From an uncultured virus (IMG/VR IMGVR_UViG_3300009428_000005) (lineage: Duplodnaviria; Heunggongvirae; Uroviricota; Caudoviricetes), in the IMG/VR virus record IMGVR_UViG_3300009428_000005: a DNA stretch of 64,000 nt; one strand, given 5' to 3'. Under the pieces are notes generated by a model, which saw nothing but the letters and a program-made list of their open reading frames with translations, had not been told where the DNA came from and made no database searches. The translations under genes and the position numbers were made by a program. Position 1 is the first letter of the stretch. Each line of letters begins with the position of its first letter. Positions 7,445-19,174 of the stretch are shown piece after piece.

Positions 7445-8493
7445 TGCCATATATTAAATTTCCAAATAAACAAGAATTAGTAGCAGCCCTTGCCCCGCAA
7501 GTAGGTAAAACTCTTGGTATACTTAAACAAAAAGTCTTAAGTAAGCTATTTGAAGTGATAGACGACTTTAGAAGAGAAGGCTGTCCGCATCTACAAAAAC
7601 TAAATCAAGTTTCAAGGACAATCTCTCAAATGCAACGTACTATAAACAGTACTGCAAAAAAAACCAACAAGGTTAAGAGGATGGCTACTAAACTAGGCAT
7701 CCCATTAACAGGGTTAGAAATAGCAATTAATGTGATAGGTAACATACCTATTCCACAAGCAGTGCCCCCTGGTGTAGGTATACCCATATCTATCACTAAT
7801 AAATTTACAGAACAGCTAATACTTTTATTAGAAATGATTGCAGCTATAAAAGAAAATGTAAGCTCTATTGAAACTATGGTAGCACCGTCTATACTCTTTA
7901 TAGATAACATAAACAAGAAAGTACAATCAGCTAAACTACCAATTATAGCTTGCAAAATAGAAAATGCACTAAAAGAAGAAGTAACAAACGGCAAACTAAC
8001 AGAAGAACAGTTAATAGCTGCAGGATTACTAAATGATAAAGGAGAGTATATATTCACATCTCTTATACCTATATTCCTTGGTACTACTCAATTTAATACT
8101 GACGGAAGTACGTACTACCCTAATAACAACGAACAACAAGAACTAAGTGCTCAATCAGAAGCAGCAACTGTACTTAGCAGCGCTATAGAGCTACTTCCAT
8201 CTCTCGACGATTCAAATAGTTTAAAAGATTTAATAGATACATATCAAGCTACTTCCGATAGACAGACGAGTAACCTGTCAGATACACAGTACTCACATGT
8301 AGGACCAGACGGTACTGTATATAAGTTAAATGTAGAGTTAGATGTAGAAGGGTCTACTATAGCACCTCAAAGGTTCGCAGTAGCTAAAAACCTAAATAAT
8401 ATAGTAGTGCTAAGAGGTGCTAAATCCTACAGTTCTTCTGAAACTGTACTAATAGATGAAATTAAATTCAGAATAGATAATCAACTTGCATAA
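7444..8493 (+). CDS. Hypothetical baseplate-region protein
   Basis: 349 aa, coupled to the previous gene. Confidence 0.65.
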   Translation: MPYIKFPNKQELVAALAPQVGKTLGILKQKVLSKLFEVIDDFRREGCPHLQKLNQVSRTISQMQRTINSTAKKTNKVKRMATKLGIPLTGLEIAINVIGNIPIPQAVPPGVGIPISITNKFTEQLILLLEMIAAIKENVSSIETMVAPSILFIDNINKKVQSAKLPIIACKIENALKEEVTNGKLTEEQLIAAGLLNDKGEYIFTSLIPIFLGTTQFNTDGSTYYPNNNEQQELSAQSEAATVLSSAIELLPSLDDSNSLKDLIDTYQATSDRQTSNLSDTQYSHVGPDGTVYKLNVELDVEGSTIAPQRFAVAKNLNNIVVLRGAKSYSSSETVLIDEIKFRIDNQLA

Positions 8494-8499
8494 TACAAC

Positions 8500-8507
8500 T
8501 ATTTATA
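8500..8507 (+). promoter_or_regulatory. Putative late promoter TATTTATA
   Basis: Recurring intergenic octamer; only 3 nt before the ATG at 8511. Confidence 0.6.
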
Positions 8508-8510
8508 TAT

Positions 8511-8957
8511 ATGAAACTCGATCAATTAAGAAAAATCATACGAGAAGAGGTTAGATCTGCTATAAAGGCAGAGCTACAAGAAGTTATGAACGAGGCTGTT
8601 AAAGCAGCCAGTGCTCCAACAACTATGACTGCAGCCCCAGAAGCAGGTAATACAAGCTGGTCGGCACCGAAAAAAGAATTAAAAAAACAACAATGGACAT
8701 CAGGTAAGTCGTCCACGTTAGAAGAAATGTTAAATCAGACTGCTAACACCATGTCTAACGAGGAATATAAAAACATATCAGGAACCTCAGGTCCAATTGC
8801 ACCTAATTTTGCTTCAAGAGGAGCATCTCAAATGGGAATGACAGAAAATACAGGTCCTGCACCAGGTCTTGATTTATCCACACTTCCATTTTTAAAAAAT
8901 GCAGGCGCTATATATAAAGCCTCAATAGAAAAAGATAAAGAAAAAGGACGTAGATAA
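8511..8957 (+). CDS. Hypothetical protein with MKLDQLRKIIREE leader
   Basis: 148 aa ORF. Confidence 0.7.
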   Translation: MKLDQLRKIIREEVRSAIKAELQEVMNEAVKAASAPTTMTAAPEAGNTSWSAPKKELKKQQWTSGKSSTLEEMLNQTANTMSNEEYKNISGTSGPIAPNFASRGASQMGMTENTGPAPGLDLSTLPFLKNAGAIYKASIEKDKEKGRR

Positions 8958-9367
8958 TGGCATTTGAAGTAACAAGACTTAGCGTAATAGACACACAACC
9001 TAGTAAAGCAGTAGGGGTAGCCCTTCCGTTTTCTGGAAAAGCTGTTTTTAACTCTACCTACACGTCTAAAGATGCACTTAAAACCAATATAATCAATTAC
9101 TTCTTAACAGCCAAAGGAGAACGCTTTATGAATCCTAATTTTGGGAATAGACTACAAAACTTACTTTTTGATAATCTAACACAAGAAAAGGTCAGTCAAA
9201 TTCAATCAACTGTAGAAAGAGATATGGAAGTATTATTTCCTAGAGTAAATATAATCAACCTAACTACAGTAGGAGACCCAGACACACACACAGTTCAGTT
9301 TGCAATGTCGTACACTGTTCAAGATACTAACATAGAAGATGAAGTAATTATTAACTTCGAACAATAA
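8957..9367 (+). CDS. gp25: Baseplate wedge subunit, gp25/GPW family
   Basis: LKTNIINYFLTAKGERFMNPNFGNRLQNLLFD...FPRVNI. Confidence 0.9.
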   Translation: MAFEVTRLSVIDTQPSKAVGVALPFSGKAVFNSTYTSKDALKTNIINYFLTAKGERFMNPNFGNRLQNLLFDNLTQEKVSQIQSTVERDMEVLFPRVNIINLTTVGDPDTHTVQFAMSYTVQDTNIEDEVIINFEQ

Positions 9368-11184
9368 TGGCACAACAAGAAAGAGACATAAAGTACGTAA
9401 ATAAGGAGTTTGGAGACTTCAGACAAGGGCTGATAGAATTAGCTAAGAACTATTTCCCCGACGCCTATAACGACTTCTCACCCACATCACCTGGTATGAT
9501 GTTTATAGAAATGGCCTCATATCTAGGAGATGTACTATCCTTCTACCAAGATACACAACTTCAGGAAACCTTCTTACAACACGCGAAGAACCCATCTAAT
9601 CTATATTCTTTAGCCTACATGATGGGCTATAGGCCTAAAGTTTCAGCTGTATCTAGCACAGTATTAACAGTTACGCAGAGAGTAGCAGCACAAGGTTCAA
9701 CCTACACCCCTAACTATAATCAAGCATTAAAAATCACTGAAGGAGCCACAGTAACATCAACTGTATCAGGTTCAACCACTTTTACAACTTCTGAACCAAT
9801 TGACTTTAGTTTTTCTAGTTCCTACGATCCAACAGACGTAACTATCTTTTCACTAGATGGAGGACAACCTGCTGAATTTTTATTATCCAAAAAAGTACTA
9901 GTTACTTCAGGAGCACCAAAAGTTACAACCTCAACCTTTACAACAGCAGAGAAATTTGCCACTATAGAATTAGGAGACACTAATATAGTAAAAGTACAAA
10001 GTATAGTAGATAGTGATGGCAATGAGTGGAAAGAGGTTCCTTTTTTAGGACAAGATACCGTATTTCAAGAGGTAACAAATAGTGCAACAGATAGTAACTT
10101 AGTCCCCTCTACCCTTAATTTAGTTAAAGCACCAAGAAGGTTTGTCACTAGGTTTACATCAAAAGGAGTATTACAAATACAATTTGGGTCCGGTATAACT
10201 GGGACAGATAATGATTCTTTCCTTCCAAACCCAAATGAACAGATAACAGGAACTAAGCAAGACGTTAATAAATTAGACTATGCTTATGATCCTTCTAATT
10301 TTCTCTTTACAGGTGCATATGGTATATCACCTACAAATACTACATTAACTATAACCTATATAGTAGGAGGAGGAGTAGCATCAAATGCTCCAGCAAACTC
10401 TATTACAGCACTCGGAACAGTAACTACATCAGCAACAGACAGCTCTTATACCTCAACACTAGCATTTAATAACGTTGAAGCCGCTACAGGAGGAGGAGAC
10501 GGTGATTCAATTGATGAACTTAGACAAAACTCTCTCCGTTCATTTGCTGAGCAACAAAGAATGGTAACAGAAAACGACTTCACAGTAAGAGCATTATCAA
10601 TGCCTACTCAATTCGGATCTGTTGCTAAAGTATATGTAAGTAAGGGATTAGCTACTTTAAATAGTGAACAGCAAAATTCTGATGTTAATTCTTTAGCATT
10701 AAGCATGTATACGTTAGGGTACGATATTAATAAAAAATTAGTTAATACTAGTTCGTCTTTAAAAGCTAACCTTAAAAAATACCTTTCTCAATATATAATG
10801 CTTACTGATGCAATCAATCTTAAAGATGCATTCATAGTTAATATAAAAGTTAAGTTTGAGATAGTAGCTCTTCCAAATGTTTCTTCTAGAGACGTACTTC
10901 TTTCCTGTACAGGAGAACTTAAAGAGTATTTCAGTATAAGTAAATGGAACATTAACCAACCTATTAACTTATCTAGCATATATACACTATTAGATAAAGT
11001 AAAAGGAGTACAAACAGTAAAAACAGTAGAAGTAGATAATTTAACAGGCGGTAAATATTCAACATACGCATACGATGTGAAAGGAGCTACTAGAAATAAC
11101 ATAGTATACCCTTCATATGATCCATGTATATTTGAAATAAAATATCCAAATTCCGATATTGAAGGACGTGTAACAACATTATAA
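9367..11184 (+). CDS. gp6: Baseplate wedge protein, T4 gp6/J-like
   Basis: YNDFSPTSPGMMFIEMASYLGDVLSFY, SLAYMMGYRP, IQFGSG, ATGGGDGDSIDELR, QRMVTENDF. Confidence 0.85.
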   Translation: MAQQERDIKYVNKEFGDFRQGLIELAKNYFPDAYNDFSPTSPGMMFIEMASYLGDVLSFYQDTQLQETFLQHAKNPSNLYSLAYMMGYRPKVSAVSSTVLTVTQRVAAQGSTYTPNYNQALKITEGATVTSTVSGSTTFTTSEPIDFSFSSSYDPTDVTIFSLDGGQPAEFLLSKKVLVTSGAPKVTTSTFTTAEKFATIELGDTNIVKVQSIVDSDGNEWKEVPFLGQDTVFQEVTNSATDSNLVPSTLNLVKAPRRFVTRFTSKGVLQIQFGSGITGTDNDSFLPNPNEQITGTKQDVNKLDYAYDPSNFLFTGAYGISPTNTTLTITYIVGGGVASNAPANSITALGTVTTSATDSSYTSTLAFNNVEAATGGGDGDSIDELRQNSLRSFAEQQRMVTENDFTVRALSMPTQFGSVAKVYVSKGLATLNSEQQNSDVNSLALSMYTLGYDINKKLVNTSSSLKANLKKYLSQYIMLTDAINLKDAFIVNIKVKFEIVALPNVSSRDVLLSCTGELKEYFSISKWNINQPINLSSIYTLLDKVKGVQTVKTVEVDNLTGGKYSTYAYDVKGATRNNIVYPSYDPCIFEIKYPNSDIEGRVTTL

Positions 11185-11187
11185 ACA

Positions 11188-12243
11188 ATGGCAGTATATA
11201 GAATATATCCAGAAAAAGACACCTTCCTATTTAGCACACCAACTATTGCTGGTCTATATGGAAATGCTGGTCGTGATGAGATTTTAGAAATAGGTGGCTA
11301 TCCTGATCCTAGTTTTCCACTCACAGGAAGAACTAGTAGGACTCTAATACAATTTAAACAGTCAGACATAACTTCTGCTTTAACAGATAAAGTATCAGGA
11401 AATTATTCTGCAAGTATTAATCTAGCTCTAGCAACAGCTGGAGAAATACCAACATCTTTTACAGTCTTCGCTAATCCAGTTTCTTCCTCCTGGACAGAAG
11501 GGGTAGGTAAACAAGCAGATAATCCTGTAAATAGAACAGGAGCAACCTGGAAATATAAGGATGCAGCAACAACTCAATGGACTACTCTAGGAGGAGACTA
11601 TTTAGCAGTATCCCAAAGCTCGCAAGCTTTCGATAAGACATCTACTTATGATATTAATATGGACGTAACATCTGCTACTAAAGCATTTGCAAGCAGTTCT
11701 ATAGCTAATAATGGATGGTTATTAAGAATGGAATCTGCATACGAAGGGTACACTAGTGCAAGCATACACTTGAAGTACTTTGGATCTGATACGAATACTA
11801 TATTTCCACCTTACTTACAGTTTAAATGGGACGACTCTTCAACAGCTGGCTCTTTAACTGAACTTACAACAGACATAGCAACCATTAGTATAAAGAACGC
11901 TAAAGCAGAATACACAGACTCAGATAAAAGTAGATTTAGATTAGCGGCACGACCTAAATATCCACCGAGAACATTTGTAACAGCTTCTATCTACACGACA
12001 AACTACAGACTACCAGCTACTACATATTGGGGCATACGAGATGAATATAGTGAAGAAATGATTATTGATTTTGATACCAACTATACTAAGGTATCCTACG
12101 ATAGTAGCGGAAGTTTCTTCGATATATATATGGATACACTACAACCAGAAAGGTACTATAGGCTGTTAATAAAAACAACTCTGAACGGGAGTGACTTAGT
12201 AATTGATAATAAAAACATATTCAAAGTTGTAAGAAATGGCTAA
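11188..12243 (+). CDS. Virion structural protein (baseplate region)
   Basis: 351 aa beta-rich protein in the baseplate operon. Confidence 0.6.
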   Translation: MAVYRIYPEKDTFLFSTPTIAGLYGNAGRDEILEIGGYPDPSFPLTGRTSRTLIQFKQSDITSALTDKVSGNYSASINLALATAGEIPTSFTVFANPVSSSWTEGVGKQADNPVNRTGATWKYKDAATTQWTTLGGDYLAVSQSSQAFDKTSTYDINMDVTSATKAFASSSIANNGWLLRMESAYEGYTSASIHLKYFGSDTNTIFPPYLQFKWDDSSTAGSLTELTTDIATISIKNAKAEYTDSDKSRFRLAARPKYPPRTFVTASIYTTNYRLPATTYWGIRDEYSEEMIIDFDTNYTKVSYDSSGSFFDIYMDTLQPERYYRLLIKTTLNGSDLVIDNKNIFKVVRNG

Positions 12244-12586
12244 TGATATTAAGATTGAAAAAACTGTATACACAAAAGATGAATTTGACAAAGTAGTCGA
12301 TAGAGACTTTAAAACCTTTGCTCAACCTGCTCCTGCTGTAGTAGAATTAACTGTAGACGAGTTTTTCAACGAATACGAAAGACTCTATATGGATATAACA
12401 GTGAATGGACCTGAAGAATCTCATGAGTACTTAGTTAGAAGAAGTAATGAACTAGTAGGAATAGATAAAGAAACAGAAGATATACAGCCTCTATTAGATG
12501 AGATAGCTAATTTGAGAGAAAACATATTAAAGGATCAACAAGAGATTCTTGACCTAAATACAAAATTAGCAGATGCAAGAGGTTAA
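12236..12586 (+). CDS. Hypothetical protein
   Basis: 116 aa, overlaps both neighbours, coiled-coil C-terminus. Confidence 0.7.
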   Translation: MANDIKIEKTVYTKDEFDKVVDRDFKTFAQPAPAVVELTVDEFFNEYERLYMDITVNGPEESHEYLVRRSNELVGIDKETEDIQPLLDEIANLRENILKDQQEILDLNTKLADARG

Positions 12587-15481
12587 TTACATAGTGAACC
12601 CCACCTCAGCTTCAGAGATAAAAGAAGAGTTGGTAATAGATAAAAAAGTAACTGATATAGTTAGTGATTATTCTATTAACACGTTTTTTGAGTCTAGTAA
12701 GAATCAATTAAAACTTGAAATATACTCAATTCAGAACACTCTCTTACTCTCTAACTCAAATTACAAAAGATATAGTGAGCTCCTTAACGCTGTATCAGCA
12801 GGCCAATCAGGAGCTAGTCAGATTACTTTAAGTCCTATAGACGATATTATTGCAAATGGATATGAAGCAGGAGACGTTAACGTAGTATATAGCTTCCTAA
12901 ATAACCCCTACACGGATAATAGATCAGGAGGAAACTTCTATATAGACCAGATATCACCTGATAGAACAGAAATTAGACTGTTTGCATTAGGGTTAACTGA
13001 CGAACAGACTAAAACCTATACAGAAGCATTTACAAGTAAACTAGAACAAGAAGCATACTTTTCTGAGTTCTACGTAAACTTAAGTAATGATACATCCTCA
13101 GTAGGTATAAATATAACATCAGAAGAAGTACCTAAAGGTTACTCCGTGGTTATAAAACTGATGAAACCTCTTCCTAACACAGTTGTAAGTAAGGACCAAG
13201 TAACTATATCAGAGATTGTATCTAACACAATTGCTTTTAATATAGAAGCTGATTTTATAGAGGAAAAAGAATCTATTGAATACCTTAGAGGACCAAACTT
13301 TAGCATTCCCATATCAGAAACTTCAGATAGTCCAACAGAATACTTAGACTACAACGACTTATTTAGCTACCCAGTAACAGGTTCTAATTATGAGTTACAC
13401 TCTTTACTCAAGGAAAAAAGCGTAAACGTATCTATAAACCACTCGGACTATAGTAATTTTGTACACTTCTCTTCAGCAGAAGAAAGGTTAAGAAACTTTA
13501 AATACAAGTTAGACCTAGTAAATTCTTATAGAACTAGTTTAGATACAGCTACAGCAGGCACATATATAGGAACAGGAATATCTGGAAGTAAAGCATACTA
13601 TAACGGACTAATAGAGGGGATAGTAGATAATTTTGATCATTACGATAGACACCTATATTTTAGTAGTGGATCTTCTTCTTGGCCTAAATCTAATAGTATT
13701 AACCATATACTAATTACGCTAGTAATACTTCAGAAGCTGTAACCTGGTTTAATAGTCAAATAGCAGTTGCTAATAACTACGACTTTAGTAATTTTGATAT
13801 TTTAATAAACACTATTCCTAACTTTATAAGAGAAGATGCTAACAATACATCTTACTTAATGTTTGTGCATATGATCGCACATCATTTTGATAACTTATGG
13901 ATATACTCTAAAGCCGTTACAGATAAATACGACTCTGATAATAGGATAGACTTTGGTGTAAGTAAAGATATAGTAAGAGAAGTAGTACAGTCTTTTGGTA
14001 TTAACCTATACGATGGAAATGAAAATATAGATAATTTATTCTCTTCTTATGTAGGTGAAACATATCAGACTGGAAGTGAAGATATAAATTATATTAAAGT
14101 AATAACCTCTGGAAGTAACCTTGCTTACCAACAACCTATGGCTAAGCAAAGCTATAAACAAGAGGTATATAAACGAATATACCATAATCTACCCTTACTA
14201 ACAAAAGGAAAAGGAACTATAAGAGGGCTTAGGGCACTAACTGCATGCTTCGGTATACCTGATAGTATCCTCTCTATAGAATTAGGAGCAGGCGCTAAGA
14301 TAGGATCTGATGATTATTTTGGATACGAAGTAAACGTAACAGGCTCTTTAAATTCTATTAGAACTGACGCCACAGGAAGCTACCTTAGTGAAAGTGTAGT
14401 TTCTAACTATACATCTATAGAAAAACCAAGTAAAAAGTATTCTCAAGATACAAGTGAGATACACGTAGGATTCAATATAAATAACCAATACAACGATAAG
14501 TTAAGAAGTAGAACTACCGGTTCATTTAACATTGACCAGTATATAGGAGACCCTAGCTTAGAGCAGTCAGGAAGTTATGATGCTTTAAACACTCTAGCAA
14601 GTAGCTTAATGAACTTAACTGCCACTTGGGATGAAGCATCTGGTAAATGGAACGAAAACAACGCAATATGGAACTCAGAACAATACTGGGAAAAATCACC
14701 TAAAGCATTTATAAGACTATTAAAGTTTTTTGATAATTCTTTATTTAAGATGATTAAAAACTTTGTTCCAGCTAGGGCAACTGTAGCAACAGGCCTTATT
14801 ATTGAACCCCACTTGATGAATAGAAGTAAAGCTAAAGCCCCTAAAGCAACAGCCGAAAACACTATACATACAGCATCAATAGCAATTGTAACAGCCTCAG
14901 CAGGAGATGCAGGATCTTTTCCAGTTTCAGCAAGTACAGCGTATACAACAAACTATACCGGCACTATAAATACACCACTAGGATCAGCTCCAAGGAACGT
15001 TACAGATGAAGCTCCTAAGTATACAGGAGAATTTAAAGGTTCACTAACTATAGTTACGACTGGAGAACTGAATGCTAGTAATCCATATAAATCAGCTGCA
15101 CAGCCTCAAGTACTAATGGACCTTACTACTCTATTCTTATCTGATCCAATTCCTGCTTCATGTAATATTTCTTTACAGGTTACTTATGCAGGTGATTACT
15201 TTAGTATATTTGCTACAGGGTCAGCTGCAACAACAGGAAAAGTTGGATCCAGTTACCCAGTTGCTGTTACAGAAGCAGCCAGTATTAATATAGCTCAAAA
15301 TTATGATGACTATGAGTTCTTTACTTTAACTCAAACAGCCACATATCCAAGAACATTTAGGGGGTGGTATAAAGCACCTACCTCAAGCTCAGGTAACTTA
15401 ATTTCTACCGATACAACCTTAAGTGTATACGAAACATTCGAACCTGTATACGGTAATAACATATACGCAATATTTAATTAA
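12573..15481 (+). CDS. Large baseplate structural protein (~969 aa), split by a -1 frameshift near 13701 (probable sequencing error)
   Basis: ORFs 12573-13742 and 13859-15481 join if one A is added at ATT-AA-CCA, giving WPKSNSIKPYTNYASNTSEAVTW...SYLMFVHMIAHHFD. It carries KGKGTIRGLRALTACFG, seen in wedge/tail-I-like proteins. Confidence 0.7.
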
Positions 15482-15483
15482 AG

Positions 15484-16398
15484 ATGATAATAGATGAATT
15501 CATAGCGTTAAATCCTGCAGCATTTTCTAACTATACTGGAGGAGTAGGTAATATAAACTTACTTGTAAGCAGCAGTGTATCTGCTTCTATTAATATAGCT
15601 CCCTTTGTTATACAGGGTATGACTATACCTTTTAGATCACAAGATGGAACTTCTATTAGGTCTGCTTTAACTGAAATGAATAACGTATCCTATGCATACG
15701 GTGGCAAAGTATACACCTCAGATATAGTAGGTAGACAGCAGCAAAATACACACTACTACTTTAGGCTGAGAGATACGGTAGCAACAAGTTTACCAGTTGA
15801 TGATGATGCAGGTAATCCAAGAGAACTTCTTTCTCCATTAATATTTGAGCCTTATGTTGCTAAAGGATTTGAAAATAGTGAATTTTACCCTCTACAAGGA
15901 AATTCAACAGTAGAGAAGAAAAATACGGTTAGACAGCAGGTAGACAGAAATACAGGAATTGCTAATCCTTCTAACCTATCTGCAATTATTTCTCAATCAG
16001 CTGCATTTGCTCAAGTACAAGATAGCAACTATACTATAGCTGGAATAGTAAGAGCTAGGTATGAAGGAACTAAATTAAACAGCGGAAGCGTAGTAGGTAA
16101 TGATCCTGCTCTTGCACTAAGGTCTTTTGAAGGCAGTATATATAGTGAAGACGCTACCGTAGTGACTATAAAAGCACAGCTATATGCTGATAGAGAGATA
16201 GAAGAGATATTTTTTAATGCAAGAACAATAAAATCAGCCTCTATAATGTCAGTTCAAAATTTTCCAGCTTCTTCTAGTATAGTATTTACACCAGAAGGAA
16301 ATGTATTTAACAGAATAGTAACATCTCGAGTATATTCAATCGATACAGACGAGGTATACAACGTAGACTTAAATGGTATAGTAACTAGTATAGAGTAA
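15484..16398 (+). CDS. Hypothetical virion protein
   Basis: 304 aa in the structural operon. Confidence 0.65.
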   Translation: MIIDEFIALNPAAFSNYTGGVGNINLLVSSSVSASINIAPFVIQGMTIPFRSQDGTSIRSALTEMNNVSYAYGGKVYTSDIVGRQQQNTHYYFRLRDTVATSLPVDDDAGNPRELLSPLIFEPYVAKGFENSEFYPLQGNSTVEKKNTVRQQVDRNTGIANPSNLSAIISQSAAFAQVQDSNYTIAGIVRARYEGTKLNSGSVVGNDPALALRSFEGSIYSEDATVVTIKAQLYADREIEEIFFNARTIKSASIMSVQNFPASSSIVFTPEGNVFNRIVTSRVYSIDTDEVYNVDLNGIVTSIE

Positions 16399-16413
16399 AA
16401 TAAAATTTTCATA

Positions 16414-16421
16414 TATTTATA
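16414..16421 (+). promoter_or_regulatory. Putative late promoter TATTTATA
   Basis: Intergenic octamer upstream of 16440. Confidence 0.65.
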
Positions 16422-16439
16422 TAAAATAACAATAACAAA

Positions 16440-17096
16440 ATGGGATACTTAGATAATGCGATAGTAACAGTGGATGCTATCCTAACAAAAAAAGGAAGAG
16501 AGCTATTAGCCCGAGGAGATGGTTCTTTTAAAATAACACAATTTGCTTTAGGGGATGATGAGATCGATTATACATTATATAATCCTGCACATCCATCTGG
16601 ATCAGCATTATACGGAGAGGCTATAGAAAATATGCCTCTACTAGAAGCATTCCCAGACGAAAACCAAATCTTGAAGTATAAGTTAACTACTCTTCCTCGA
16701 GGTACTTCTAAACTTCCAGTACTAGATTTAGGATTTGCTACTATTACTCTTAAACAAGGAGCTTCATTAGCAATCACCCCTCAAACACTAAACTACTTAG
16801 GTGCTACTTCAATTTTCGAAGCAGGCGGGTATACTGCAACAATAGCAGATACAAGAGTACTTAATTCATTTACAGGAGTAGGAGTCAATACAGATGCTGC
16901 AGAAGCTTTAAATGCTAACACTACATTAGGTACAAATGTATCTAAGACGGTAATAGGTACATCTGTAAACTTAACCGCCACTACAGTTAATACTTTATTC
17001 GGCACAAATACACAGTTATCTACTACAGTAACAATAATAGGTAGAGACTCAGGTGCAAGGTTAACGATTCCAGTAACAATAATTAAAACTAACTAA
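16440..17096 (+). CDS. Virion structural protein (baseplate/fibre attachment)
   Basis: AILTKKGRELLARG...FKITQFALGD resembles the N-terminus of tail-collar/fibre-anchor domains. Confidence 0.65.
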   Translation: MGYLDNAIVTVDAILTKKGRELLARGDGSFKITQFALGDDEIDYTLYNPAHPSGSALYGEAIENMPLLEAFPDENQILKYKLTTLPRGTSKLPVLDLGFATITLKQGASLAITPQTLNYLGATSIFEAGGYTATIADTRVLNSFTGVGVNTDAAEALNANTTLGTNVSKTVIGTSVNLTATTVNTLFGTNTQLSTTVTIIGRDSGARLTIPVTIIKTN

Positions 17097-17097
17097 A

Positions 17098-18126
17098 ATG
17101 TCATATAAAAGATTTGATACCGAAGATGTAGTAGTTAGCGCTGAGTCGATAACTTCTCCAATATGGTCAGGTGATACAACAACACTTACTACTTTTTTTA
17201 CCTCCTCTACACAGACAGGAGCAACATCAGGAGAATATTATTATGATATTTACCAGACTGCTTCTAACTTAACAGGAGCGAAAGTACAATTTTCTATAGC
17301 ATATGCAGATGAAAAAGGAAGCGGATCAGTATTATTTAATGCTGGAGTAACAGGTAAGTCACCTTCTTCTACAATATACGGCCAATATAGAAACTTAATA
17401 CTAGGAGACGAAGAAGCTTCATTTAGCTTTGGAGGAGTAACCTCAGATAACTTCTATGTCATAAATGTAGATAGAGCAAGATATAAAGAAAAGCTTTTAC
17501 CTGGTACAATGGATTTAGCGTTGACTAAATCAGGAAGTGGACATGTAATACATTTAACTGATAACAGTATAACTGTTCCAACTACAACATTTGCAGATTC
17601 AGGTAGAGTATACGAACTGATCAGCGGTTCAAAAGGAGTTCTTTCATCAGGTAAAAAAGAATCGAACGGCTATACTACCAACTCAGGATCATATGGAAAA
17701 TTACTACCGGATATTGGAGTAATATTAATTAATGCTAATGCATTAAAAACACCTGTTAGTGCTGGAGGATTAAACTATACTAGCAGCCGAGGTAACAATG
17801 CTATTGGTGATAATAATAAAAAACAATTCTTTGAACTAATCAGATGGGGATCTAACTTTAGAATGCAAGGTGAAGAAACTATTTCTTCTAACTTCATATT
17901 CGTTAGAGCTCGTAACAGTGAATTTAACTATACTACAAATCCTTCTATAACAACAGGGTCAGGAGAGTTAATACATAACGTATTAATTGACTCACCACAG
18001 ACCTTTGTAACAGCAGTGGGACTATATAACGATAATAATGATCTACTAGCAGTAGCAAAACTATCAAGACCTCTTTTGAAAGATTTTACAAAAGAGTCTC
18101 TTATAAGAATTAAGTTAGACTATTAA
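17098..18126 (+). CDS. Virion structural protein (baseplate/fibre attachment)
   Basis: C-terminal FVTAVGLYNDNNDLLAVAKL; paralogous with the next gene. Confidence 0.65.
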   Translation: MSYKRFDTEDVVVSAESITSPIWSGDTTTLTTFFTSSTQTGATSGEYYYDIYQTASNLTGAKVQFSIAYADEKGSGSVLFNAGVTGKSPSSTIYGQYRNLILGDEEASFSFGGVTSDNFYVINVDRARYKEKLLPGTMDLALTKSGSGHVIHLTDNSITVPTTTFADSGRVYELISGSKGVLSSGKKESNGYTTNSGSYGKLLPDIGVILINANALKTPVSAGGLNYTSSRGNNAIGDNNKKQFFELIRWGSNFRMQGEETISSNFIFVRARNSEFNYTTNPSITTGSGELIHNVLIDSPQTFVTAVGLYNDNNDLLAVAKLSRPLLKDFTKESLIRIKLDY

Positions 18127-18129
18127 TGA

Positions 18130-19173
18130 ATGAGCGCTTGGAAAAAACTAAACCATCAGGATGTATTTGTTACAACCTACCCCGCCCGTAAATCATGGCA
18201 TGCCTCAGGTAGCCTAACTGGTAGTTATGGTCTAGAAACACTAAGAGGTTTTAGCGGATCTGTAACCGACAGACACTACCCGCATGATTTATATAAAGGG
18301 AGACATGAAGAACTGAACTTTAGAAGTGTCGACCAACTATACTATAGAGGCACTTCCGGTTCCTTAGGGTACAGTGGATCTATATATGAAAAATCAGGAT
18401 CTGCATACGACCTACACTACCAATCCACATTAACTTTATCTCGTTCACGAGACCTTAAAACCGAAGTAGGTATCATAAGTATACCAAGAAAGGTATACGG
18501 AACTAATATCGTTCCGCACTCTTTATTATTTTCTCCTGAATCAGCATCAAAAGATAAGTACCTAACAGACGGGTATATTATTGATAAGTTTGATGGAACG
18601 AACCAGTATACAGAAGATATAGGATACTGGTATGATAGTGAGCCTTTAAGTAATACACCTTATATTAGCTCTTCAGCTACGTATGTTACAGAATCAAATG
18701 GACTGTACGTAGATATTAATAGAAGTCAACAGAGTATACAAATCATTGATGATGGGGAAGGAAGATTAGTTACTGCTTACTCTAATTTAGATTATACAAA
18801 GCCTCTGAGAGTAGTAGGAGATATAATATATAATGAAGGAATGCTTATTATCACAGATACAGATGTAGCAAGATATTTAAGTACCTTTAGCAGACATAAT
18901 TTACGATGGAAATCAAACCAACCTATTTATACGTATAACGTATACTGTAGAATAAAAGATTCAGAGTTTAATTTCTCACAAAATCCATCAGCTACATCAG
19001 GTTCAAACGGGGTACTGAGGAATAATATCACAGGTAGTGATTTTAGCCCATATATAACCTCAATAGGATTATATAACGATGCAAATGAATTAATTGCAGT
19101 AGCAAAAACAAATAAACCAATTCCGAAACCGGAAGAAGTTGATACAACATTTATAGTAAAATTAGACATATAA
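18130..19173 (+). CDS. Virion structural protein, paralogue of the previous gene
   Basis: C-terminal SEFNFSQNPS...YITSIGLYNDANELIAVAK. Confidence 0.65.
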   Translation: MSAWKKLNHQDVFVTTYPARKSWHASGSLTGSYGLETLRGFSGSVTDRHYPHDLYKGRHEELNFRSVDQLYYRGTSGSLGYSGSIYEKSGSAYDLHYQSTLTLSRSRDLKTEVGIISIPRKVYGTNIVPHSLLFSPESASKDKYLTDGYIIDKFDGTNQYTEDIGYWYDSEPLSNTPYISSSATYVTESNGLYVDINRSQQSIQIIDDGEGRLVTAYSNLDYTKPLRVVGDIIYNEGMLIITDTDVARYLSTFSRHNLRWKSNQPIYTYNVYCRIKDSEFNFSQNPSATSGSNGVLRNNITGSDFSPYITSIGLYNDANELIAVAKTNKPIPKPEEVDTTFIVKLDI

Positions 19174-19174
19174 A

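Noticed and set aside
13695..13742. Programmed -1 frameshift or pseudogene in the large baseplate gene
   Set aside because: No slippery heptamer, and one extra A in a short A-run restores a continuous frame in a presumably essential gene. Most likely a sequencing indel; raw reads would confirm.
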